A stretch of DNA of 63,899 bases, counting the filler. It is 4 parts of 4 records of this genome, joined end to end, with 100 filler letters (N's around TTAATTAATTAA, not from the genome) between each part and the next. Parts side by side here need not be neighbours in the genome. Positions count along the whole stretch, not along the records: positions 1 to 17,367 come from SRR22947727_1893; 3 more parts are not named here. One strand, 5' to 3'. Positions within the stretch are counted from its first letter, which is position 1; the number at the start of each line of letters is the position of its first letter. Under the pieces are notes generated by a model that was not told the origin of the DNA, searched no databases, and was given only the letters and a program-made list of their open reading frames with translations. Both the position numbers and the translations under genes were made by a program. This document shows, in pieces, positions 1 to 8,297 of this stretch.

Positions 1-1
1 G

Positions 2-1555
2 ATCTTCCACGTCAACGGCGACGATCCCGAGGCCGTTGCTCGCGTGGCCAGCCTCGCCTTCGCCTTCCGGCAGGCGTTCCACAAAGACGTGGTCGTCGAC
101 ATGGTGTGCTATCGCAAGCGCGGCCACAACGAGGCGGACGATCCGTCGCTGACTCAACCTCGGATGTACAAGATCATCGACGCCAAGCGTTCGGTGCGAA
201 AGCACTACACGGAATCGCTCATCGGTCGCGGCGACATCACAGTCGACGAAGCCGAGCAAGCTCTCAAGCACTTCCAGGAGCAACTCGAACGGGTCTTCCA
301 AGAAACCAGAGACACCCCGGAGGACGACGCCGAGGATTTCGCCGACCGCGCGAAGGACATCATCGAGACCGGTCAACTCAACTTGACCCCACAGACACCC
401 TTCACCGAAGTAGACACGGCCATCAGCCACGAGCAGATCGAAACAGTTATCGATTCACAGATCACACTGCCGGACAATTTCCACGTGCATCCTCGCTTGG
501 CGCCTCAACTGCAGCGTCGCGAGCAGATGGTCTCCGACGACACGATCGACTGGGGAATGGCCGAGGCTCTGGCCGTGGGTTCCCTGCTCATGGAAGGTCG
601 CACCGTTCGCCTCGCCGGCCAGGACTCTCGACGCGGAACATTCGGGCATCGCCACATGGTCATCGTGGATAGCGAAACAGGGTGGCAATACAAGCCGCTG
701 AAGTCGTGTTATCGCGACGGAGCGAGGCTGTACGTCTACGACTCACTCCTCAGCGAGTTCGCTGCCCTGGGCTTCGAGTACGGATACTCCGTCGCCCGCC
801 CTGATGCTCTGGTGATGTGGGAGGCGCAGTTCGGTGACTTCGTCAATGGTGCCCAGACGATCACCGATGAGTTCATCTCCTCTGGTGAGCAGAAGTGGGC
901 GCAGCGGTCAGCCGTGACTCTCCTGCTGCCGCACGGGCAAGAAGGGCAAGGGCCGGACCACTCGAGTGCGCGCGTCGAGCGTTTCTTGCAGATGTGCGCT
1001 CAAGACAACATGACGGTGGCGATGCCGAGCACCCCGGCGTCGTACTTCCACCTTCTGCGTTGGCAGGTGTTCAGCCGTCTGACCCGACCGCTCATCATCT
1101 TCACTCCGAAGTCACTCCTGCGCGCCAAGCAGGCGGTCTCCACCAAGGACGAGTTCACGTCCCGGACCTTCCAGCCGATCCTGCTCGACCCGGAGCACGA
1201 GGGTGCGGAGGTCACTCGGGTTCTTCTGTGTAGCGGGAAGATCTACTACGACCTCGCGGCGCACCGCGACGAACATGGATTGCACAACACCGCGATTCTG
1301 CGCTTCGAACGGCTCTACCCGCTCCCCTTCCGTCTCGCGGAAGTTCTCAACCGGTACCCCAATGCCGAGATCCGGTGGGTTCAAGAGGAGCCCGCCAACC
1401 AGGGGGCGTGGAGTTTCGTGGCGATGAACGCTCCACCCATGGTGAATCGCCCGATAGAAGGCGTCACGAGGCCTTCGTCATCGTCCCCGGCCGTTGGCAC
1501 ACACCAACGTCACGTGGCCGAGCAGCAGGCCGTGGTCGAGCAGGCATTCGCTTAG
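2..1555 (+). CDS. kgd: Multifunctional 2-oxoglutarate decarboxylase/dehydrogenase E1 (Kgd/SucA), 5' truncated
   Basis: Frame open from base 2 (IFHVNGDDPEAV); motifs CYRKRGHNEADDP, RLAGQDSRRGTF, WEAQFGDFVNGAQ, GQGPDHSSAR, WVQEEPANQGAW. Confidence 0.96.
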   Translation: MFHVNGDDPEAVARVASLAFAFRQAFHKDVVVDMVCYRKRGHNEADDPSLTQPRMYKIIDAKRSVRKHYTESLIGRGDITVDEAEQALKHFQEQLERVFQETRDTPEDDAEDFADRAKDIIETGQLNLTPQTPFTEVDTAISHEQIETVIDSQITLPDNFHVHPRLAPQLQRREQMVSDDTIDWGMAEALAVGSLLMEGRTVRLAGQDSRRGTFGHRHMVIVDSETGWQYKPLKSCYRDGARLYVYDSLLSEFAALGFEYGYSVARPDALVMWEAQFGDFVNGAQTITDEFISSGEQKWAQRSAVTLLLPHGQEGQGPDHSSARVERFLQMCAQDNMTVAMPSTPASYFHLLRWQVFSRLTRPLIIFTPKSLLRAKQAVSTKDEFTSRTFQPILLDPEHEGAEVTRVLLCSGKIYYDLAAHRDEHGLHNTAILRFERLYPLPFRLAEVLNRYPNAEIRWVQEEPANQGAWSFVAMNAPPMVNRPIEGVTRPSSSSPAVGTHQRHVAEQQAVVEQAFA

Positions 1556-1564
1556 GACACGGAC

Positions 1565-1738
1565 ATGTACTTCACCGACCGAGGGATCGAGGAACTGCAA
1601 CGCCGACGAGGCGACGAAGAAGTCACCTTCGACTGGCTCGGAGATCGCATGCAGGAGTTCGTCAACCTGCACCCCGATTTCGAGGTTCCGGTCGAACGAC
1701 TCGCCACCTGGCTCGCGCGCTTAGGCGACGACGACTAA
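1565..1738 (+). CDS. Small conserved actinobacterial protein (DUF6104-like), 57 aa, below ORF-track cutoff
   Basis: Manual translation MYFTDRGIEELQRRRGDEEVTFDWLGDRMQEFVNLHPDFEVPVERLATWLARLGDDD; AGGAC/GGAC RBS-like sequence upstream; resembles the family I recall following kgd. Confidence 0.85.
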   Translation: MYFTDRGIEELQRRRGDEEVTFDWLGDRMQEFVNLHPDFEVPVERLATWLARLGDDD

Positions 1739-1772
1739 GAGCGGCTTCCCGTCCTACCCACCACACGAGCGT

Positions 1773-2060
1773 TCATCGATATCGGAAGACTAATCGCCCG
1801 ATGATCAAGTTGTCCGGAACCACCCCAAACTGGCGACTGTCATCACTCACGTGTGGGTTATCACCGAGCACCCACCACCCATTGCCTTCTCGATGACTCA
1901 AGCGCTTCACCACGCTGAGGTCCCGTCGCTGCGGGTGCTGGACGAGAACAACGTCCCCGTTCCGAAGTTTCGCGCTCCTGCGCACGACCCACCATTGCCC
2001 GTTTCGCACCGCTGGCTCCATAGACGGGCCGACAACACGGACAGTGGTGAATGAGCGCAC
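1773..2060 (-). CDS. sodX: Nickel-SOD maturation protease (peptidase S26 family)
   Basis: VVGPSMEP (catalytic Ser), VVKRL (Lys), GDNPHVSDDSRQFG; divergent from sodN; GTG start at 2060 inferred. Confidence 0.9.
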   Translation of the reverse strand: MRSFTTVRVVGPSMEPAVRNGQWWVVRRSAKLRNGDVVLVQHPQRRDLSVVKRLSHREGNGWWVLGDNPHVSDDSRQFGVVPDNLIIGRLVFRYR

Positions 2061-2142
2061 CTTGCCATCCTGCCGCGTGCCGAGTCCGTTCTCGGGCGCT
2101 AGGGTCAGAGCAGGCATTCATTCATCACCTCGAAGGAGTCTC

Positions 2143-2556
2143 ATGCTCAACAGCATCTTTCGGGCCCTCCAGCCCCGCACCACCGCCTATGCGCACTGCG
2201 ATCTGCCGTGCGGCGTCTACGACCCCTCCCAGGCTCGCCTGGAGGCCGAATCCGTGAAGGCCTGCATGGAGAAGTACCACGCCTCCGATGACGCTGAGTT
2301 CCGTGCGCGCTCTGTGTCCATCAAGGAAGAGCGCTCACACATGGTCAAGGAGCACCTGTGGGTGCTGTGGACCGACTACTTCAAGCCCCCGCACTTCGAA
2401 AAGTACCCGCAGTTGAACGAACTGTTCAACCAAGCGACCAAGCTCGCCGGGGCCGGAGGCACCAAGGGCTCCCTGGATCCGGCTGTCGCTGATGATCTTC
2501 TTGGAAAGATCGACGAGATCGCAGGAATTTTTTGGGAGACGAAGCAAGCCGCCTAA
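2143..2556 (+). CDS. sodN: Nickel superoxide dismutase precursor
   Basis: Ni-hook HCDLPCGVYDP after a short propeptide; KEHLWVLWTDYFKPPH; AAGGAG RBS. Confidence 0.97.
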   Translation: MLNSIFRALQPRTTAYAHCDLPCGVYDPSQARLEAESVKACMEKYHASDDAEFRARSVSIKEERSHMVKEHLWVLWTDYFKPPHFEKYPQLNELFNQATKLAGAGGTKGSLDPAVADDLLGKIDEIAGIFWETKQAA

Positions 2557-2572
2557 CGCCAAACTCAGCAGC

Positions 2573-2608
2573 ACAGACCCCCGTTCCCTCCTGGGAACGG
2601 GGGTCTGT
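2573..2608 (+). terminator. Hairpin terminator after sodN
   Basis: 16-bp perfect stem ACAGACCCCCGTTCCC/GGGAACGGGGGTCTGT, 4-nt loop. Confidence 0.8.
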
Positions 2609-2743
2609 CAATGCGTCAGACAATGACTGTGAGACCCATTGAGCGAATCTGTCTCATCTCCTTGACACCCCTCCTTGCCGTGAATAGGACGGTAGAGGTG
2701 CCCGATGCGGGTACCTACATGACCAAAACGAAAAGAGGGGGTC

Positions 2744-3193
2744 ATGATGCATGTGAAGAGAGGAATCGCGGCAGTTGGAGCGGTCGCGCTCATGTCGATT
2801 GGAGTTCTCTCGGGCTGCTCATCCGACGACGCAGCGCCCGTCGAGGAGCCCGCGGTCGAAGAACCTGCAGTTGAGGAGCCCGTGGTCGAGGAGCCCGCGC
2901 CGGTAGCCCAGGCTGTACCTCTGGCCCCGGGTAACTCTGTGGCGTGGGCACCGGGGCAGGACGACGTCACCATATTGGTGGGCCAATTCATCGACATCAC
3001 TGTCGGAGACCCGCTCGCCACCACGGTCAGCAGCAGCGACCCCCGCACCCTCAAGCCATTCCCTGGAAAGCAAGACTACGAAGAAGTATTTTATCCAGCA
3101 GCAAAGGGAATCAACCCAGGTGCCGCGACACTGACGGTGACACTGTCCGATGGAACCAGTTCTGACATCGCCGTCACAGTGAACGGCAGATAA
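2744..3193 (+). CDS. Hypothetical lipoprotein with EEPAV repeats and a beta-rich C-terminal domain
   Basis: Signal peptide with lipobox LSGC; four EEP(A/V)(V/P) repeats; GAGGGGG RBS. Confidence 0.8.
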   Translation: MMHVKRGIAAVGAVALMSIGVLSGCSSDDAAPVEEPAVEEPAVEEPVVEEPAPVAQAVPLAPGNSVAWAPGQDDVTILVGQFIDITVGDPLATTVSSSDPRTLKPFPGKQDYEEVFYPAAKGINPGAATLTVTLSDGTSSDIAVTVNGR

Positions 3194-3307
3194 GTCGCAA
3201 AAGTCCCCCATGAGTCGTAGTCAAGCGGCGGAGCTGACATAAGCACTTTGCTGTAACGACTCCTGGGAGACCAACAAGGCCTGAGTTCGCTTTCCAAACC
3301 ACCAGAC

Positions 3308-3338
3308 AACCCCCATTCCTTCCGGAAAGGGGGTTTTT
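3308..3338 (+). terminator. Hairpin terminator after second sodN-tail copy
   Basis: AACCCCCATTCC-TTCC-GGAAAGGGGGTT followed by T-run. Confidence 0.65.
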
Positions 3339-3381
3339 GGTTTCCATCGTTGGTGCGCGTGGGCACCTGCGGGTCCCAGCG

Positions 3382-3437
3382 TTGACATTCCTTCCCTTTA
3401 GTTCTATCTTCAACTAACTGATTGAATATTGAACTAA
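3382..3437 (+). promoter_or_regulatory. Housekeeping-sigma promoter with overlapping inverted repeat (candidate operator) upstream of CDGSH gene
   Basis: TTGACA (3382-3387), 17-bp spacer, TATCTT (3405-3410); inverted repeat TTAGTTC-TATC-TTCAA...TTGAA-TATT-GAACTAA (3398-3437). Confidence 0.65.
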
Positions 3438-3449
3438 AGGAGCGCTTTC

Positions 3450-3659
3450 ATGTCCGATGCAACAACTCAGGTGACAACCCTTACCGACGGGCCCAACGTG
3501 GTCAGTGGCGATTCTGTCGTGGTTCGGGATCAAGATGGCAACGTCGTTGCCGAAGGCGAGACGGTATATCTGTGCAGATGCGGCCTGAGCGACAGCAAGC
3601 CGATGTGCGACGGCTCTCACCGCAAGCACCCCGGACTGGGAGCACCTTCCCCTGAGTAG
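3450..3659 (+). CDS. CDGSH iron-sulfur domain protein
   Basis: LCRCGLSDSKPMCDGSH motif; AAGGAG RBS. Confidence 0.92.
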   Translation: MSDATTQVTTLTDGPNVVSGDSVVVRDQDGNVVAEGETVYLCRCGLSDSKPMCDGSHRKHPGLGAPSPE

Positions 3660-3755
3660 CCGCATGATCGGCGCGTGCTCTCTTGGGTAGCATGATGACG
3701 TGACCTGAGAAGCCACACCAGTAGGAGGACATCACCACTCTACGGTGAAGTCTCC

Positions 3756-3992
3756 TGGGAGACCAAGAAAGCGGCCTAGCGTCAAACTCAGCAGCACAGA
3801 CCCCCGTTCCCGCCTGGGAGCGGGGGTCTGTCAGTGCATCAGACAATAAATGTGAAGTGACACTGCTCGATGGGACCAGGTTTGACGTCGCCGTCACCGT
3901 GAACGGCAGATACGTCAGAAAAGTCCCCCATCAGTCGTAGCCAAGCGCCGGCGCTGACATGAGCACTTTGCTGACGCGACTCCAAGGAGACC
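3756..3992 (+). repeat. Diverged, internally deleted duplicate of 2533-3272 (sodN tail + terminator + last codons of lipoprotein gene + its downstream sequence)
   Basis: 3756-3855 aligns to 2533-2632 and 3857-3992 aligns to 3137-3272 with scattered substitutions; about 500 bp missing. Confidence 0.9.
3796..3831 (+). terminator. Copy of the sodN terminator hairpin
   Basis: ACAGACCCCCGTTCCC-GCCT-GGGAGCGGGGGTCTGT. Confidence 0.75.
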
Positions 3993-4246
3993 AAAAACGC
4001 AGGATGACGTTGCGCGCTGCTCCAAAAGCCCCGGATTCACTCCGAAGATCGGTGGTTTTTACTCTTGCGATCAGACATGGCGTGCGACAAGTCGCCGGCG
4101 CCTAATTCGCGCCGCATATCTCAACGGTGAGCCAGACCCTGCGCGCCGACAAGGGCCTATCAGGTTCCTTCAGACGCGAAGATGGCCCGATCCGATCACT
4201 CGGTACGGTGAAGCGATTCGCCACGGCGCAGAGACGCCGCCGAGCG

Positions 4247-4528
4247 CTATTCGCCTCGTCGGATGAGGTTATGTGTTTCGGCGACCTCAGGCTCGCCCGG
4301 GTCGATGCGCATGTCCTCGAGAATGGGAGTCAGTCCATTGGCGTGACGCTCCATGGCTTCCATGGACTCGTAGACCACGGTGACCTTCATTTGATCCCCA
4401 GACCCGAAGCACACTTCGAGCTCGAGACCGTCAACGGGGTGAACACCCAACTCCCGCTCTCGAGCCAAGATGGCGTCGTACTGCTCAGCACTGAGCGAGG
4501 GGGGTGAAAAATGTACGACAACAGCCAT
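4247..4528 (-). CDS. Small hypothetical protein (93 aa), possibly ferredoxin-like/dimeric alpha-beta barrel fold
   Basis: MAVVVHFSPPSLSAEQYDAI... with GGAGGAG RBS; true start is internal to the 238-aa track ORF; fold is a guess. Confidence 0.75.
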   Translation of the reverse strand: MAVVVHFSPPSLSAEQYDAILARERELGVHPVDGLELEVCFGSGDQMKVTVVYESMEAMERHANGLTPILEDMRIDPGEPEVAETHNLIRRGE

Positions 4529-4702
4529 GGGGTCTCCTCCAACGGTCGAGGGCGGCTTACGCCCGCTAGCAACGTCTCTTCCGTGCGAATAGCTCAAGCC
4601 TAGGAGACTGCTCACTGATCGCATCTTGACACTTGCTCTGCTCGCATCCGGTGTTTCTCGGCGCGCCAAGCCGACAGTAGGTACTGCTGCTAGCGTCAAC
4701 AA

Positions 4703-5752
4703 GTGACGAACCTGCTCTCCGTAGCCCCGCTGCTCCCGGCCTACCGCTATTCCCAGGGCGAGATCACGCAACCCCTCGTTGACAGTTTGAGCCGCAACGA
4801 GCAAACCTCGGCTGTTATTCGTCGGATTCACGGTGCCACAGGAGTCGAATACCGCTCCTTGGTTATGCACCTTGACGCGTACCGGCAAATCAACGACTTC
4901 ACTCACGCGAATCAACTTTTCCGCGAGCACGGACTGCCGCTTGCGCTCGCTGCCACTCGGCAAGCACTAGACGATGCTGGCGTGGAGCCCACAGACATCG
5001 ATTACCTTTTCTTCACGACGGTGACCGGAGTCGGCGCGCCATCACTGGATGTCGAACTCGCGCAGGCATTGGGATTTCGATCGGATGTGAAACGAATTCC
5101 CAGCTTCGGTTTGGGATGTGCAGCAGGTGCCGCTGGGATTGCGCGAGTCAACGATCTACTTCGCGGTGATCCTGGCGCATTGGCCGCCCTGGTCTCCTTG
5201 GAACTGTGCTCCCTGACGATCCAATGGGACAACGCTTCCATGGCGAACATCGTGGGTACCGGACTGTTCGGAGACGGTGCGTCGGCACTCATTTTTGCCG
5301 GAGCGGACAGGGCGGAGCAACCGATCGCCAGCGTCTTGGGGTCGCGTAGTGCGCTCTACCCCGAATCACTGGAAACGATCGGCTGGAACATCGGCACGTT
5401 CGGTCTCCGGCTGATGCTGACCCCAGCGGTGCCGGAACTGATCCACCGCCACCTCGCCGATGACATTGACGCCCTCTTGTCGGAGCATGGACTCGCACGG
5501 AGCGATGTGAACGAGTGGATTGCTCATCCGGGAGGTCCACGGGTGTTACAGGCCTTTACGGACTCCTTAGAACTCGCCCCCGGCGACCTAGCCACGAGCT
5601 GGGATGTGCTCGCAGATTCTGGGAACCTGTCTTCCAGTGCCGTGCTACACGTGCTGGCGCGTCACTCGACGAAGCCGGCTGGCCATCTCGGAGTGCTCTT
5701 CGCCCTCGGACCTGGAGTAAGTGTCGAAATGGTGTTATTGGAGTGGCGGTGA
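4703..5752 (+). CDS. Type III polyketide synthase (SrsA/BpsA/AgqA-like)
   Basis: Catalytic Cys-His-Asn contexts GLGCAAG, WIAHPGG, GNLSS; ELCSL, LFGDGA, ALGPG motifs. Confidence 0.95.
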   Translation: MTNLLSVAPLLPAYRYSQGEITQPLVDSLSRNEQTSAVIRRIHGATGVEYRSLVMHLDAYRQINDFTHANQLFREHGLPLALAATRQALDDAGVEPTDIDYLFFTTVTGVGAPSLDVELAQALGFRSDVKRIPSFGLGCAAGAAGIARVNDLLRGDPGALAALVSLELCSLTIQWDNASMANIVGTGLFGDGASALIFAGADRAEQPIASVLGSRSALYPESLETIGWNIGTFGLRLMLTPAVPELIHRHLADDIDALLSEHGLARSDVNEWIAHPGGPRVLQAFTDSLELAPGDLATSWDVLADSGNLSSSAVLHVLARHSTKPAGHLGVLFALGPGVSVEMVLLEWR

Positions 5753-6267
5753 TTCTGTACACACTGTTCGTTTTAGCCACCGGTCTCGAACGGCTCTACG
5801 AACTCCGTATCTCAAGGACCAACGCACGAATCGCCACTGAGCAAGGCGGTAAGGAAGTCGGTCGCGATCACTTCCCGTGGATGGTCGCGCTGCATACCGG
5901 CCTTTTGGTGGGGGCGATCGCGGAAGTGTGGATTTTTGACAGGCCCTTCATCGTTTGGCTAGGCGTCCCGATGCTCATCATCACGCTCGCCTGTCAGTTC
6001 GGACGTTACTGGATCATCTCAACATTGGGCTGGCAGTGGAATACCCGCGTCATCGTGGTGCCCGGAGCGCCGCGCAACCGGAGAGGTCCTTATCGATTCC
6101 AGTGGCTTCGTCATCCCAATTACTGGATCGTCGTGATCGAGGGCATTGCCCTTCCGATGATTCACACCGCCTGGATCACTGCACTGGCTTTCACGGTTCT
6201 CAATGCCGTCCTGCTCCTGGGCTTTCGAATCCCGACCGAGAACGAAGCACTCCGGGAATTGGCGTGA
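5749..6267 (+). CDS. Isoprenylcysteine carboxyl methyltransferase family protein (SrsB/BpsB/AgqB-like)
   Basis: GTGA overlap with PKS; ERLYEL..S..N, GPYRF.WLRHPNY, RIPTENEAL. Confidence 0.92.
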   Translation: MILYTLFVLATGLERLYELRISRTNARIATEQGGKEVGRDHFPWMVALHTGLLVGAIAEVWIFDRPFIVWLGVPMLIITLACQFGRYWIISTLGWQWNTRVIVVPGAPRNRRGPYRFQWLRHPNYWIVVIEGIALPMIHTAWITALAFTVLNAVLLLGFRIPTENEALRELA

Positions 6268-7304
6268 CGGGCACCCGGGTGGCCATCGTCGGCGGAGGCC
6301 CGGTGGGGCTGGCGGCTGCTCTGTTTGCCAAGCGCGCAGGCATGACTCCGATCGTCATCGAGGCCAGGGACTACGACGGAGACAAAGCCTGCGGCGAAGG
6401 ACTCATGCCCGGGGTGATGCCCCTCTTGAAGGAACTTGACCTTGACCCGCCGGGACGTGATTTGCTCGGGGTGTCCTACCGCCAAGGGGCAAGACAAGTC
6501 GATCATCTCTTCCCAGGCGCCCCTGGGCGGGGCGTCCGACGAACAGTTCTCGTCGACGCGATGCGCGCGGAAACTGAACGGCAGGGCATCGAACGAATGC
6601 ACGCCCGAGTCACCGGACTGACCCAAGATTCGTCGCGCGTGCTCTTGCGGTGCGCTAACGGCGATGACGTGGAATCAGATTACGTGCTCGGCTGCGACGG
6701 GCTGCACTCCACCGTTGCTCGCCAATTGGGCCTCGTCGCGCGACCTTCACGACGCGCACGTCGATACGGACTACGGCAGCACTTCCAGCGCACCCCCTGG
6801 AATTCGATGATTGAGGTCTACTACGCCGGCGATGCAGAGCTCTACATCACACCGGTAGATGAGGAGACCGTGGGCGTCGCGGTGCTAGGTCCGAAAGGAA
6901 TAAACCTGAGCACAACGATCGCCCGGGTGCCGGGGATCAGCGCAAAACTCGACGGAGTCCCAGCTGCATCCAGCCTGCGTGGCGCCGGTCCGTTTCCCTA
7001 CCGGGTGCACCATGCCCAGTCCGGCCGAGTGCTGCTGGCCGGCGACGCCGCTGGCTACGTCGATGCAATCACGGGTGAGGGCTTACGGGTTGGATTCGCC
7101 CAAGGGCGAGAGGCCATCGCCGCCCTGCAGGCCGGACAACCCGCTTCGTATCCACAGCGTTGGCGAAAGGTCACACGCGAGTTTCGACTTCTTACTCGCG
7201 GGATGGTGGCGCTGGCCTCTTCCCCACTGCGCGACTCGATTGTCCCACTAGCCAGTGCAGCGCCTCGGGTGTTCGGAGCCGTCGTCAATCGATTGGCCCA
7301 ATAG
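6264..7304 (+). CDS. FAD-dependent monooxygenase (SrsC/AgqC-like)
   Basis: GTGA overlap; GGGPVG, DKACGEGLMP, GCDGLHS, LAGDAAGYVDAITGEG. Confidence 0.9.
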   Translation: MTGTRVAIVGGGPVGLAAALFAKRAGMTPIVIEARDYDGDKACGEGLMPGVMPLLKELDLDPPGRDLLGVSYRQGARQVDHLFPGAPGRGVRRTVLVDAMRAETERQGIERMHARVTGLTQDSSRVLLRCANGDDVESDYVLGCDGLHSTVARQLGLVARPSRRARRYGLRQHFQRTPWNSMIEVYYAGDAELYITPVDEETVGVAVLGPKGINLSTTIARVPGISAKLDGVPAASSLRGAGPFPYRVHHAQSGRVLLAGDAAGYVDAITGEGLRVGFAQGREAIAALQAGQPASYPQRWRKVTREFRLLTRGMVALASSPLRDSIVPLASAAPRVFGAVVNRLAQ

Positions 7305-7309
7305 TCGTG

Positions 7310-8125
7310 ATGGGCGCCGTTCTGCGGTCGAGCCACCCAGTCCCTACCTTTGCGGTGACGCTGCTGTCATTGCTGCTGGCAATCGCGTTCGGCGTGGCAC
7401 CCGCACAAGCGGTCGTGGTGGTGGTCGCAGTCTTCCTGAATCAGATTGCTATCGGCTTGAGCAACGACATCGTCGACGTCGAGCGCGACCGGCGGGCCGG
7501 CCGGACCGACAAGCCGCTCGTTGCCGGGGCGATACCTCGAACAACTGCATGGGCGGTTGTGATCACGGCTACGACGCTGTCGATTGCGTTATCTGTGAGC
7601 ATCAACCCGCGGGTGGGACTCTGGCAGGGGGTGTTCTTGATCTCAGGATTCGCGTACAACGCTGGACTCAAGGCAACCGTCTTCTCGGCCGTCCCGTACG
7701 CCACCGGCTTTGCAGCCCTTCCCGCTCTGGTGAGCTTGAGCGCGAAGCCGCCCGAGTTGCCCGCCTGGTGGGTGATGCTGGTCGGTGCAATCTTGGGGGT
7801 CTCCGCTCACTTCGCCAACGTTCTTCCGGATGGAGAAAGCGATAAAGCCGAGGGCATCCGCGGGCTTCCACAGCGCCTTCCCCGAGTGGTTACTGCCGCT
7901 GCTTTGGTCGGATTGACCGGTGTCGCCTCAGCCCTGTTGATCTGGCAGGGCGGTTTTGCTTCCATTTGGGTGACAATCCCCGTTGGCGTTGCCGCCGTGT
8001 TCGTTTCCATCGTTGCCGCTGTGCTCACGCTTCGAACGCCCCTGACTTTGTGGCCGTTTCGATTGTCGATAGTGGCCGCCGGCTTGATTGCTGTGGGCTT
8101 GTTGGGCGTCCTGCGGCTTACCTAA
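7310..8125 (+). CDS. UbiA-family prenyltransferase (AgqD-like)
   Basis: SNDIVDVERDRRAGRTDKPL Asp-rich motif, second motif NVLPDGESD, multiple TM helices. Confidence 0.9.
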   Translation: MGAVLRSSHPVPTFAVTLLSLLLAIAFGVAPAQAVVVVVAVFLNQIAIGLSNDIVDVERDRRAGRTDKPLVAGAIPRTTAWAVVITATTLSIALSVSINPRVGLWQGVFLISGFAYNAGLKATVFSAVPYATGFAALPALVSLSAKPPELPAWWVMLVGAILGVSAHFANVLPDGESDKAEGIRGLPQRLPRVVTAAALVGLTGVASALLIWQGGFASIWVTIPVGVAAVFVSIVAAVLTLRTPLTLWPFRLSIVAAGLIAVGLLGVLRLT

Positions 8126-8297
8126 CGGCCGGTCCCGGCAAGACCCAAGGGGGCGCGCTCCGGTCTGCTGGGAGCGTGTCTCTCATGCATCGTCGCGTTC
8201 CGCAAGACTCTCCGATGGCTTCCCGTGGACGAGAAGACACACCTAGAGTCAATAGGCGATTGGTACGGTTATGGCCTACTCGCAGGTAAGGAACATC

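Larger units (their letters stand above)
2533..4007 (+). repeat. Four dispersed copies of the sodN 3' end (2533-2556, 3264-3284, 3756-3779, 3984-4007), each followed by a hairpin
   Basis: TGGGAGACGAAGCAAGCCGCCTAA; TGGGAGACCAACAAGGCCTGA; TGGGAGACCAAGAAAGCGGCCTAG; AAGGAGACCAAAAACGCAGGATGA. Confidence 0.8.

Noticed and set aside
2533-4007. CRISPR or integron attC interpretation of the repeats
   Set aside because: Spacing of 228-731 bp is far too long for CRISPR, repeats are sodN-derived, and there is no cas gene, intI or RYYYAAC/GTTRRRY structure.
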